NCBI GenBank assembly: GCA_024679065.1
Contig: JAGIQG010000001.1
Span: forward strand, 156,488,001 to 156,552,000
DNA length: 64,000 bases
Direction: 5' to 3'
From: Sphyrna mokarran
Taxonomy: Eukaryota
Both the position numbers and the translations under genes were made by a program. Each line of letters begins with the position of its first letter. The stretch's first letter is position 1. Below, piece after piece: positions 37,245 to 49,262 of the stretch. The notes beneath the pieces are model-generated. The model was not told the DNA's origin. It was given only the letters and a program-made list of their open reading frames with translations, and made no database searches.

Positions 37245-38385
37245 TCACAAAGTACCAGAGAACATTTTCAGCACAGAAATAGGCTCACAGAATCTCATTC
37301 CCTCTACCAATCGGAACAGTTTCTCTCGACCCACTCTGTCAATACCCCTCATGAATTCAAATATCTCCATTCAACCTTCTTTTCTTCAAGGAGAACAGTC
37401 CCAGTTGCTACAATCTTTTTTATGTTACTGAAGTTCCTTATCCCTGGAATCATTCACATGATTCTTTTCTGCACTCTCTTACACGTAATGCCCAAAATCA
37501 GGCACAATATCTAATTGAGGCTAAACCAATGTTTTAAACAGGGTTAAGATAACTTCCTTGCTTTCATATTGCATGTTCCATATTGTTAAAGCCCAGAATG
37601 CCATATGCTTTAGTAATCGCTCTCTCAACCTGTCCTGCTATCTTAAATGATTTATGCACAAACACACCCTGGTTCCTTTGGCTCCTCCATCCACTTTACG
37701 CTGTTTACACTATCTCTCTCCATTCTTCCTACTAAACTGAATCACTTCACACTTGTCTGCATTCAATTTAACCTGTCCCTTGTCTGCCTAATTCACCAAC
37801 CTGTCTGTCTTTTCAGAGTTCAACAACAGCCTCCTTATGGATCACAACACTTCTGAGTTCTGTGCCAAGTGCAAACTTTGAAATTATTCCCAGTACACCA
37901 ATGTCTCAGTCATTAACCTTTATCAGGAGGAGCAGGATCCCTAATACTGATTTCTGGGGAACCCTGGTATAAACCTTCCCCTGGTATGAAAGACAAAAGT
38001 CCACTACTGTATTTCCTGTTATTCAGCCTATTTCAAATCCATGTTGCTATTGTCCCTTTTATTTCATGAGATCTAATTTCATTGACAAATCTGTTGTGTT
38101 GCACTTTATCAAATGCCTTTTAAAAGTCTATGTGTACCACACCAACGGTATTACCCTCGTCAATCCTCTCTGTTATTTCAAAAAAAGTTCTAGCAAATTT
38201 GTTAAACACAATTTTCGTATAATAATTTTATGCTGGCTTTCCTTAGTTCGCCCACATTTGCCCAAGGGACTGTCAATTTTATTCTGAATTATCATTTCTG
38301 TAACCTTCTCTACCACTAAGCTTAAACTGACTGGCCTGTGAGCTTATCTTTATACTCTTTTTTGAATAAGAGTGTATTATTTATA
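37245..38385 (-). mobile_element. Decayed CR1 LINE RT fragment
   Basis: Reverse-strand CR1 RT signatures (ttatcaaatgccttt..aagtc, aaactgactggcctg, gccatatgcttt). Confidence 0.7.
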
Positions 38386-38419
38386 CACCTTCATCCAATC
38401 AATCTAAGATTCTATATAC

Positions 38420-38960
38420 GAGTAACACCGAGGAGAGGGTTAATAAATAAGATACACAAGGGGTGAAGGCAGATAGATGTACTATGTGCACTAAGGGAGG
38501 TGAGATTGATATACCAGGTACACTAGCACGGGAAGGAAATGTACCAGATATACTGGAGGAGGGGATGGATATACCAGGAACATTAGGGTGAAAGGTGTTG
38601 ATATGTCTGGCACACCAGAAAGGGGAGAGAAGGATTAATGTACCAGGTAAACAGGGAAGAATGTGTGCGTTTTTTTAAGTACACCTGGGGTATGGTGAGT
38701 TATACCATGTACAGTACAGATTGTGAGTGACATGTCAAACGCACTGGAGAAAGCAATTTGATATTACAGGTATTTCATGGGGAGGAGTGGAGATGTACTA
38801 GGTCCACCAGGAAAGAAGATGATATCACAGATACAACAAGGTATAGGTTAATGTAACATATACATTGGGTGGAGGGTAGTGATATACCAGAAGCACCAAA
38901 ACTTATGGGACGGTATACTAGCTAGAGCTGGGAAGGAGGGACAATATAACGAGTAAACCT
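38420..38960 (+). repeat. Old degenerate minisatellite, core GATATACCAGGTACAC with purine-rich linkers
   Basis: Recurring ataccaggta / gtaccagata / ataccaggaa / gtaccaggta cores every ~28-38 bp. Confidence 0.6.
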
Positions 38961-39250
38961 AGTTTGCCCATAAATGTATTGAACTATTCAGCTGAACCAC
39001 TCTTTCTGGTAATGAATTTCATGAGTTTCACATTCTAACCATCCTCCGAATTAAGAAGTTTCCCTTGAATTCCTTGTTGGATTTACTTGTAACTATCTTT
39101 CATTTATGGCCGTTATGTCTGGTCTCACCCACAAAAGTATTCTTTCTCTATACAGCCAATCTTAAATACCTGTATCGGGTCACTCCTCGGTCTTATCCTT
39201 TCTAAGGAGTCTTTCCTGACAGGTATAATGTCTCAGCTCTAGAATTATTC
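38960..39250 (-). mobile_element. Decayed CR1 3' fragment
   Basis: gaatttcatgag..aagaagtttcccttgaattcc..gtcactcctcggtcttatcctttctaagg. Confidence 0.5.
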
Positions 39251-42200
39251 TTATAATTGTATCTCTTAATACTGCAACACAGTGCAACGGTATGATTAAA
39301 GAGTGACTAGTTTTCACAGTTGATTTTCATTAATAACATAATATATAGGAATGTGTAATAAGAAAAGGACTGAACATATAACTTAAAAATGGGGACTGAA
39401 TGATGTCCTATATATCTTGGACCAATTATCACCCAGCTTCTAATGTTGCTCTGCTTGACAGACTATCTTTGATTCTTGCTTTTCTGTGTGAAAGATGATG
39501 GGAGGCTAGCTGGTAACTTCATTCGAAAGTACCTAAAGGCAGTAGTAAATAGGTTAAATGTTTTCAATGTATAATAGCCAAAGTGTATTTTGGGTGTTGA
39601 GTTAAATAATGTTCATATGAAATACCATAGACACAAGGGCAACCAAAGAAGGAAGTAACTGTAGGAGTACATGTCTGAGGATTAGGGAGAAAGGTAATTG
39701 TAGGTGTGTGCATATTTTTATGTAAAGAACTTGACATGTGATCTTGATGGCCTAACATTAAAATATTCCACATATTTATTTCCTTTCTTCTGCTGAAATC
39801 TTTTGATCTTTTGTGGAAGACTTTTCTTTGGAATTTGGAAAGAAGACATTCTAGTGAAAAGCCGAAAGCTGTAATCTCACTTTAGACCATGTCCACTAGC
39901 TACCAATCCTTTGAATGTGGTCGGGTTGCTTGCAAACTAATCACCACTCATAATTTTTTGTTATTCTTCACACAGTCCCCAGCAAAGAAACAATTAACAC
40001 AGACTTCAGTAGAGATATTTTCACTAATATTCAACAAGGTCAACAATGTTTTGGTCTGTGCTGGCTTGTGGATATGCTGTATAAAATCCTCTTTTGTTCA
40101 TCTAATGTTATCAGACCATTTTGGCTGCACTTCTTTTCCATTGAAAATGGTGCACTTGTGCAAAAGAGAGTTCACTTAAACCAAAGGTGTCTGTGTAAAG
40201 AAAATGACGATTATGAAATGAAGGATTAGGCAAGTTAAAAAAAAACAAATACTCCACAACGACTGACGGGGCTATTATCAGAAGGCAAATCACTGCTGGT
40301 TGCTATGTATATTTCCTGGTGACTGGGCCAAGTATGCATTGGTGGAATTCTTTTGTTTCCTCGGCCGTGGGACAGGTTGCACTGCCCCAATTGACCCAAT
40401 GAGGAGAGGAAAATACTTGTTTAAATCAAATCCCAAAAAATAAGTATGTTCAATATAAGGGGGTAAGTATGTATCTTTTTAAAGTACCCACAAATTTACT
40501 CCTTCCTTTGTAACAAGCCATTCAATGTATCTCATAATTGTTTAGCAGCAGTCCGCCTCTAAAAATGAGGGAAATCTTGCACTTTATTGTCCTTCCTTTT
40601 TGTCAAGTCTAACTTGTTAAACTAATAAAATTTGCTGTTACTTTCAAAGCTTACTGTGCTGTGTTCTGAGCGATATATTTAAACAAAATAAATGAAGACA
40701 AATTTGAAGAAAATTGTTATCCATAATAGAGGTCAGAGTGTTTTGCCACTGGCACCCATCACAAAAATGAAACAGAGCAGATTAACCTTTGAGTACCCAA
40801 TGTCTTTTGAAACTTGCAAAATTAATTAACTGCTAAAAACAATCTTTCTATAGGAGTAATTTCTATCCAAGAGTGCTCTTCAGTGGTTCACTGTGCTAAA
40901 GCAACATACGACATGCCATTCATTCACACCTATGCAGCCCAGGTTTAATGCATTGCTCTGTAGCATTGGTTGTTGCCACCCATAGTCTGAGTTGGGATGT
41001 TCCAAGTTACTTCATTGGCTAGGGTTGCATAAATTGACAGCTACATACATACTACACCCAATGCAGTACTAAGCCATACATAGTTTAATACTGGAACATC
41101 AGATCTCTGTACATAACACACTGGCCACCAGAACTTAACTCATTTGGAGAATCCATTTAATAGCGTGGGCTAGCTAATCAGAGCAGGAGTTGTTATAAGA
41201 TGTGGCAATTGGTGTCAGCACTCTTGGGCTAGGAAAGAGGTGAAAAACCAGCTAGGCTTTCCATTTCTGTTCAATACCCAAAAACGCCATACTGGAACAT
41301 GCACTTGCATGGACTTTGGATGAGAACAGGACTGTTGCCTCATAATTTAATGAAATACAATATTAATTTCTCATGGAGAATGAGCAGTTGTGTAAGATCG
41401 AGCACAGTTGCTGGTACCCATTAAAACACACTTCATCATGAGAAACTATCTCATGAAAGGATAGAAGGAATCAGCAGAGATAGATTGTCCAATTGTGCTT
41501 AGATAGTGGAAATTGCCAATACTTGAGAGATAACATCCCAGGAAGAATTACCATCTTCATGCGAGGTAGAGTAACATGGAAGGGAAACAAATAATTCAGG
41601 ATTAGAGGATGACCAAGTTTAATTTGGGTTAATCACTGGTACCTTACTTAAGTGGTTATTCTTCAGCTATGAACCTAGACATTGTTGGTAGCCTCCTTAA
41701 CTATGGAGTTAATCTCAATTCTGACTTCATCAAAATCATCATACACACACACATTTCCCAGGAGTGAACATTGAATAATAACCAGAATTGGACACTCAAG
41801 CTGATTTTTCTGCTTTGTAGATGTAATGTTGCTATTTTATATCACGTGAACTAATTCAGCACTTGAAGTAGGAATATTTTAGTTTCTAAGTCACAGATTC
41901 TGATTGTTTTTCCCAGCTGAGCCTATGTAGAGCTCAGAAGCTATAACTCGTTTTGATATTTACCTTTTCTCCTTCACACCTCTGTGCATTAGCAAGGGAA
42001 GTTTACCTGGATTCAAGATGCTATTTGAATGTAAGCTGTTTAAGACCTTCAAAATTTGACCTGAAACCACATGGTTGGTTGTAATTTGGTTGATTTTTGT
42101 GGCATTGAAATGATCATTGCCAAAATTTTCATTATAATCTGATGGGTTATGACTTTATGGGTTGGATATTAATATCTTACTTTGTGCAACAAGTGAGATT

Positions 42201-42554
42201 TAATTTCACCAGTATCAATCAAAAGAGTACTACACAATAGTTTTTGTTTAATAAAAAAGTACATTGGTGTTCAATTGGAGAAAAAAATGCAAACTGTTAA
42301 AGGTTTCAGGGAGAAAGTTCACATTTTTCAAAATTGCAGAGCTGTTAATGCATATTTTTTCAAATTGATGCCACAGATTTCTTCTGCATCCTTGACCTTC
42401 TCACCTTGGAGCTGTTGTGACATGATCTTCATCTCTACTATTATCTTGTTGCTCAAATAAATAGTTTGCTAAATGATTACAACTAGAAGTTTCAGTTCGC
42501 AGGAGAAATAATATAAAATAACTCCGACACAGTCAATATGCATTCCATATATCT

Positions 42555-42858
42555 GGGCGGTACGGTGGTACAGTGATTAACATTGCGGCCTCACAGCACC
42601 AGAGACCGGGGTTTGATTTCCTGCTTAGATCACTGTCTGTGCAAAGTCTGCATATTATCCTGAGCCTGCATGGGTTACCTCCGGGTGCCCCAGTTTAATC
42701 CCATTGTCCAAATGACATGCTGTTTAGGAACATTGGCCATGCTACATTCTCCCTCCGTGTACCTGAACAGGTGCCAGAGTGTGGCAATTAGGGGATTTTC
42801 ACAGTAACTTCATTGCAGTGTAAATGTACACCTACTTGTGATACAAATAAAATAAACT
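42555..42858 (+). mobile_element. HE1/V-SINE-like SINE, full length, tail type B
   Basis: gggcggtacggtggtacagtg..cctcacagcaccagagaccggggtttgatttcc .. ttcacagtaacttcattgcagtg..aaataaa. Confidence 0.85.
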
Positions 42859-44520
42859 ACTATCCTTACCTTTGGTACCACAACAATCCTGTTCCTGCTT
42901 CAAATTTGAAGTTAGACATTTCAATTTTGCAATGTTGCAAAACTTCAGCTCTCTGAAGCACTGCCAAATGCTACATTGACTTTTATCCTCTCTTACCTCT
43001 TCAATAATTTAAAAAAAATCAGAACTAAAACAACAATCTGAGTCCATTTCATCTTGACGTGGAAGTTCACAGAACAAGATAATCTAATCAATCCACAATC
43101 TCATTATTGTTGAGGCTGTTATCTTATAAAACATTGAATTCAAATAAGTTTTGGTGCAGAATTAGTAAGAAATTCAGTTGATGGGAATTATTAAGCAATC
43201 CACGTGTACTGTTGCTTGTGAAAAAATGTCAGCTTGACAACTGATTTGTTTGGTGATGGAGCCTGGACATAAGGAGTCAATATGGTAATGGGGACAATGT
43301 TACAGGTTATGAAGCAGCAAATGTTGAAGTTCAACCTCGGCAATGGTACGCATCTAGCAACAGAGGACAAGCTGCCCATAACATACCTCCACAGAAACGG
43401 AAATTGAATGGTGTAAAATGGGCAGCCGGTCCACTAATTTCATTCTTGCACACAGGAAAGGTTAGACTTCTACCCTACCAGCTCACATAATATGCTTGAA
43501 AATTGGCCAAGCTCCTGTACTAATTTCAGGAACAACAATGAGATGGCACAAAGATGCAGAGATGCAGCTTTCCTAAGAGTAACAATAACATATCATCACT
43601 GTTCGGAGAAAAAAGAGTTTATCTCCATTTTCATGGATCAAAATGGAAATATTTGCACACCTTACAATAATCACTTAGGTAAATATTAAACCACTTACAG
43701 ATTTGAAAGAAATAGATTTAATTATGCATAACGTTCTAGTATAATGCAGTAAGTTACTGTCCAAAGTGACTTTGGAATCTGTAGCACACCAGTCCTTGTG
43801 GCTTGTCTTGTAACAGACAAGTTAACGAGGCATTTTCACTGGTGCATGACATCAGTTCATTAGTGCAGGATATATCTTAAAGCTGTATTAACATGGAGCC
43901 CTTATCTGTAATTAGAACTGTATCATAGTCTGTGTGTTACAAGTGGTGCCTGCGGTATCCACAATCATAGTCACTCGGGATATAACTGTAAATCAGTTCT
44001 TATGCATAAATGAGAAGCAGAATGAAAGCCTTTTTCCCATAGCATCACAATTGAGCAGGACACAAACATGACCTTTCTACTTGTCTGCATCAACAAGAAG
44101 AGTAGACATACCCTTTAAAAAAGCACACGTTTAAATTTACAATGGAAAAATCTATAAGGGCTGTTATCCAGAGGAAAGGTTCTTTGGAATTTTAAAATGT
44201 CCTTGGCCCTTCACTTCTGAGTGCAGTGCTGTATTGGAAGGTCTTTGCTTACTATACCATGGAATGAAAGCTGAAGCGAGAATTACTTTACAGGCGTTGA
44301 CCGTTTGTTGTTTATCTCTGTACTGACAGAATTAAAGACATCTTGTGTAAATTTGTACTGGAGCAGTGTGCTGGGTCAGACCAAATATATTGAAGGCACC
44401 AGTGACAGGTACCCTAAGACCTGCCAGGATCTTCTCAATCAAAAATAGAAATGGTATCCTGCAACCATGTGTGGAATAACATCATAATTTAATGCTGTTT
44501 ATTTTGATTCCTTTTCGCAG

Positions 44521-44820
44521 GTGCTGATCTCTTTTCCAATTGCACAGAGGAGTGTAAAGCACTGGGACACTCAGATCGTTGTTGGATGCCCACCTTTGTA
44601 CCCACAGATGGTCGCCAAGGTCCTGATTACCGTAGCAATCTGCATGTCCCTGGCATGGACTCTGTGCCAGACACCGAGGTCTATGAAGCTCCAGAGCAGA
44701 CTGGGGAGAAATCCTTCTCTACCTTTGGAAAAGAAAAATCACATCCATCTAATTTGGAAAAGAAAGAATATGATGCACTTCTGCCCAACACACGTGCGCC
44801 TTACAAGCCGCCATATTTAA
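44521..44820 (+). CDS. pcdh10: pcdh10 exon 4 (300 nt; CM2 CTEECKALGHSDRCWMP, WIRS motif FSTFGK, ...RAPYKPPYL)
   Basis: Acceptor ttttgattccttttcgcAG at 44519-44520 and donor A|GTAAGT at 44821, phase 1-1. Translation: GADLFSNCTEECKALGHSDRCWMPTFVPTDGRQGPDYRSNLHVPGMDSVPDTEV...FSTFGKEK. Confidence 0.96.
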   Translation: MLISFPIAQRSVKHWDTQIVVGCPPLYPQMVAKVLITVAICMSLAWTLCQTPRSMKLQSRLGRNPSLPLEKKNHIHLIWKRKNMMHFCPTHVRLTSRHI

Positions 44821-46894
44821 GTAAGTACATCACAAGTCAAAGATTAGTTGGTTACGAATTTTACTTGTGCATTGAATGAAAAAAACATTTTCTTCAGGGA
44901 AATTGGAAGTTGTTTTTAATAATATTACGTAATGAAATATAGTGTTTATTGTTTTTAACAAAAAGTAAGCTAATGAAATATAATTTGTGGTTGATTATCA
45001 ATTTGAACCAGATACTTGAATTCACCTGGATGTCAGTAGTTGAGATGATGCCAAATTAAGTGTGTTGAAAGTGGGAATAGAAGTGTTCACATATTTAACT
45101 GAAATCTCAGTGTGTTTGAAGCATACTCTGGAAATGCCAGAATCTGTGGACACATTCCAAACATGATTTGACATAGCATTAGAACTGCACGGATTGGATT
45201 TCCTTGACATGATATGTTTTTTGGCAAGGGGGCACATAAAACAGGATGGATGAAAATCCCACTGTCTGTCCAACTATCCTCATAATATGGCTGGTGGGGG
45301 AGATGGGTCCGGAGGGGGATTGAAATAGGCAGCCTGCCCACCATATTTAAATAAATAATCAAGGATCAATTGACCTTGTTAACATGCCAGTCGATCCCAA
45401 TAATATTCTGGCCATACCATAACATAGTTGGCATGGGCAATCAGGGTGATTGTGAGAGTTGGGGTGTGCCCCCGAGAATAGTGCCCCCTCCCCCTTTCTT
45501 CCTATCTGCCTTTCCTATAAACACACCACCAGCAACCCCTAATCTGTCCAAACGCTTCCTGCCCACAATACTGATCCTGTTGATCCTGCATGCATGGGTT
45601 TTTATCTTGACCTTGCTTGTAATCCTGGCAGCAACCGCCAATATGCTCTTGGTGCTGCTGGGACTGATGGAACTAGCAGTCAATCCAAATGACTGGCAGG
45701 TCCTGAGGGCAAGGCCTCCTTCCCATTGAGGTGTGGAAGTCCCACTGACTGCTTATTTACCTAGCCTGCACTATATTATTAGCTCTGGGTTGTGTGGGCA
45801 CCCAGCATGATTGGGGTAGGTGGGGAGTTGGCGGTGAGTTGTTCATGCCCTTGTGATATGTTCCCCCTATGTGTTGCCAAGCTAGAGTGAAGTAAGATTG
45901 CCTACTCCAGGGACTTCTAAGTACCGTGTCCCAAAGAAAGATCAATCCATTGCTCTGGAGTTGCACTGCAATTTTAATGGTTTACTTCGTAATTTATCTT
46001 CGTTTATGCTGGTCAGGAAGAGATTAATACAAAGTCACAAAACATTATCTTAGTTGTTGCAAAAGTATGAGAAACTCCACTTTAAACTCACAATGTGCAA
46101 GCCAATGATATATGTCATAAATTTTACAAGTTTTAATTGTGAATGATGGTGCCATAAATAAGTTGAAGCAGGTGTTGTACAGTTTTGCATTCTGGTGAAA
46201 CTAACTTATACTAGCAGTGCTAAATTATACTGGCGGGTTCAAATAGTGCATGCTTAAGCAGGCTGGTGACAGTGAGCAAATGCTAGTGAAATTGTTCATG
46301 AGAATAATGACCTGAGGCCCTTTTGGCTTTTTATTGACATTACAAACTGAAATTTGGGTTTGAGGGTCTCTCTGTTTTTAAAGGCAGGATGTAGCTGAAC
46401 TATATGAAGAAGTAATGACCCAGATTTAATTGACGGTCTGTGCAGATATAGCTAAACTCAGTTGAGCAGCCACTGAGATACTACTATCGTCCAAACAGCT
46501 CTGAGGATAATAAATCAGGACTTCTGCAGCAATTCAGTTGCCCGCACTTCTTTACAGAGTGCAGAGCTGTCCGGGGTTGCCATGTTTCATGGTCTAATAA
46601 CCAGATGATATTACCTATTAGGGGTCAGACAGGAATAACGCTAACTTAGACAAGGTATCACAGGATGCTCACATTACATTGATGAACCATACCTAGCAAG
46701 AAATCAATGCCACTAACAAAGAGCAAAATAATAAGAAATAAAACAGAACTATAGTTCAGTCAACTAGCAGGGAATCATTTTACCCTTAAAATGAAAGCAT
46801 AGGAAGTACTCTTTATAATTGCTGCAATTATATTACAGCTAAGATCAAGTTGAGATGGTATGAAACTTTCTCATAGAGGTGATGTGATGCTGAT

Positions 46895-47340
46895 GTCAGC
46901 TATGCTTCAGTTGGTAACCTCCAGATCAAAAGGTTGTGGGTTCAAACTCCATGCGGGGTTACAGTCAAGCCTTGGACCCAAGGCTTGAGTGTAGAAGTCG
47001 AGGCTGGTATTCTAGTCTGTTGGAGTACTACACTGTCATAAGTGCTTCCTTTTTGATGAGATGCAAAGTAGAGATGGTGGCTGTAAAAGTCTCTATTTTG
47101 AAGAAGTGTGGAGGACTTACTCCTGGATGCCTGGTCAATATTTATCTCCCAGTGAACATCACAAAAAGGGATTATTTGATGGTTATTGTATTGCTGTTTG
47201 TGGGAACTTTCTGTGTGCAAATGGGCTGCTACGTTTCCTACATCACAACAATGGTAACTTTTCAGAAGTACTTCATTGACTGTGAAACCCATTGAGATCT
47301 TCTGTGGTTGTGCTCTATATAAATGTTAGTCTTTCTTCTT
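46895..47340 (+). mobile_element. DeuSINE-superfamily SINE (SacSINE1/AmnSINE1-like)
   Basis: tRNA-like head, then cctggtcaatatttatctc..attgctgtttgtgggaactttctgtgtgcaaatgggctgctacgtttcctacat..gaagtacttcattg..tatataaatg, which resembles the Deu domain and L2-like tail. Confidence 0.65.
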
Positions 47341-48145
47341 TCATACTGATGTCAAGTTTGACTTCAGTTATCCTGCACATTTCCTGTTCCAGCAGAGCCT
47401 AAACCTTAACTGCCTTTTAAGCATACACATTATCCTGTGTAATCACAATTTAAAGAAAGCACTGAGATAGATTTTCATCTTCAGTGCTCCTGGTGCAGGG
47501 TTTTATGTCCCATGGGCACATATAATGAGGAATGACGAAAAAAAATCAAATAAAAATGTATTCTACTGTCTTAACTTAGGTAGGAGTTGGGCAATTCTTT
47601 CATTAGAAAGCATCAAATGCGAAAAAAAGCATTGACATGTTTTGATAAAGATTGTCTTGTCACATTGTATTATTTAATCATCAAACAAAACAGGCGTACC
47701 ATAGTTTGTTTCCAGTAAATTGCTTAGAGCTTATTTATATGCTTGTCATTTGCTGTTTAAAAAACATTTTTGTCCTTATATCTTCATAATTTGCATACAG
47801 TTGTATCATTGAAATGTTTGTATGCAGCGTTTAATATGTTGAAGAGCAATGTGTGGCTGTATTTTTTGAAAGCCTGAAGTTTTTTGGCCTGTTTCTACTG
47901 TGCATGTTTTCACTTCCCTATGGATTCAATTCCTCTTCTCCTAATGAGCTTTCAGTTCCATACTCCAGTTCGAACTATGATTTTGCAAAATGTTTTCTTC
48001 TGTGAAGTTAATTGCATGAAAATGATTTTCTTTTGTTTTCGAGTCTTCTGAAATTATACATATTTTAAAGCGCTTGTGCTTTTTTTTATTTAGCAAAACG
48101 ATTTTAAATTAATTGCAGGTCTAATACAATTGTATCTCAGTGTTC

Positions 48146-48372
48146 AATCATAGAATCCCTGCAGTACAGAGGGAGGCCATTCAGCCCATCGAGTCTCCAC
48201 TGAACCTCTGAAGAGCATCCCACCCAGGCCTACCCCCTTGCCCCATGCCTGCAACCCAGCACATCCATCATAACAAATCCAACTAACCTACACATCAGGG
48301 GTAATTTAGTAGAGCCAGTCCATTTAATTTCCACATATTTGGACTGTGGGAGGAAACTAGAGGAAAACCATA
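48146..48372 (-). mobile_element. SINE 3' two-thirds, tail type A
   Basis: aatcatagaatccctgcagtacagagggaggcc..tttggactgtgggaggaaac. Confidence 0.8.
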
Positions 48373-48784
48373 GACTTTTTATATCAGTGTTCTATGTTCT
48401 ATGTTCTATGTCCTAATCAGTGAGGTTGTTTCTTTTTAATTATGTGTTCCAGTTTGCTATTCTTTTCTGAAATCCAGCTGGTCCGGTTAACCGGCTTCAG
48501 AAGTGCAGCTGTCTTTGTCCCAGATTGTCCGAACATAATCCAGCACCCCAAAGATGTTAGAGTTTAGCAGTTATATTGGGGAAAATAGTTTTATAATTGT
48601 GAGCCGAAAAGAAATGATAGCCTTAAGTTTTAAAAAAAAATGTGCACAAAAGACTTATTTATCTAACAATTCTTATGTAACAAATTATTTCAAGGTGTTT
48701 CACTGAGCATTGTGAAATAAAATATGACACTAGCTATATGAAGAGATATTAGGTTAGCTGATCAAAATTTTAGTCACAAAGGTA

Positions 48785-49165
48785 ACAAAAGAGAAAATGC
48801 TGGAAAATCTCAGCATGTCTGAAAGCATCTGTGGAGAGAGAATAGAGCCAACGTTTCAAGTCTAGATGACCCCTCATCTGAGCTAAGACAGCAAAGAGAA
48901 TCAGCAGAGATTTATATTATTGGGCTGGAGGTGAGGGGATGTGGAATTCGACAAAGGGAATATAAATGAGGATGCAGAAGGATGAGAAGATACTATAAGT
49001 GTCCATTAAATGATCTGATTGCCAGACCTTAACTCTGATGAAGGGTCACTTAGACTTGAAACATTGGTTCTATTCTCTCCCCACAAATGCTGTCACACCT
49101 GCTGAGATTTTCCAGCATTTTTAATTTTTTGTTTCAGATTCCAGCATCTGCAGTATTTTGCTTTT
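48785..49165. mobile_element. Non-autonomous Penelope-like fold-back element with a 6-bp TSD (AAGGTA)
   Basis: Inverted arms at ~48785-48885 and ~49033-49130; AAGGTA at 48779-48784 and 49166-49171; CTGATGA..GAAAC core. Confidence 0.7.
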
Positions 49166-49262
49166 AAGGTAGTTTTAAGAGATGACTTAAATGAGGGGAG
49201 CAAGGTTGAGAGATGTTGCTGGGAAAGAATCCCAGATTTCTGGGTCTGAGGAATTAAAGGTA

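Noticed and set aside
20935-44820. Clustered protocadherin (alpha/gamma) or pcdh17/18/19 assignment
   Set aside because: There is a single ectodomain exon with no tandem variable exons, and the EC1 and cytoplasmic sequences (SNGSILSNE-TKHQR, DYRSNLHVPGMDSVPDTEV, RAPYKPPYL) are characteristic of PCDH10.
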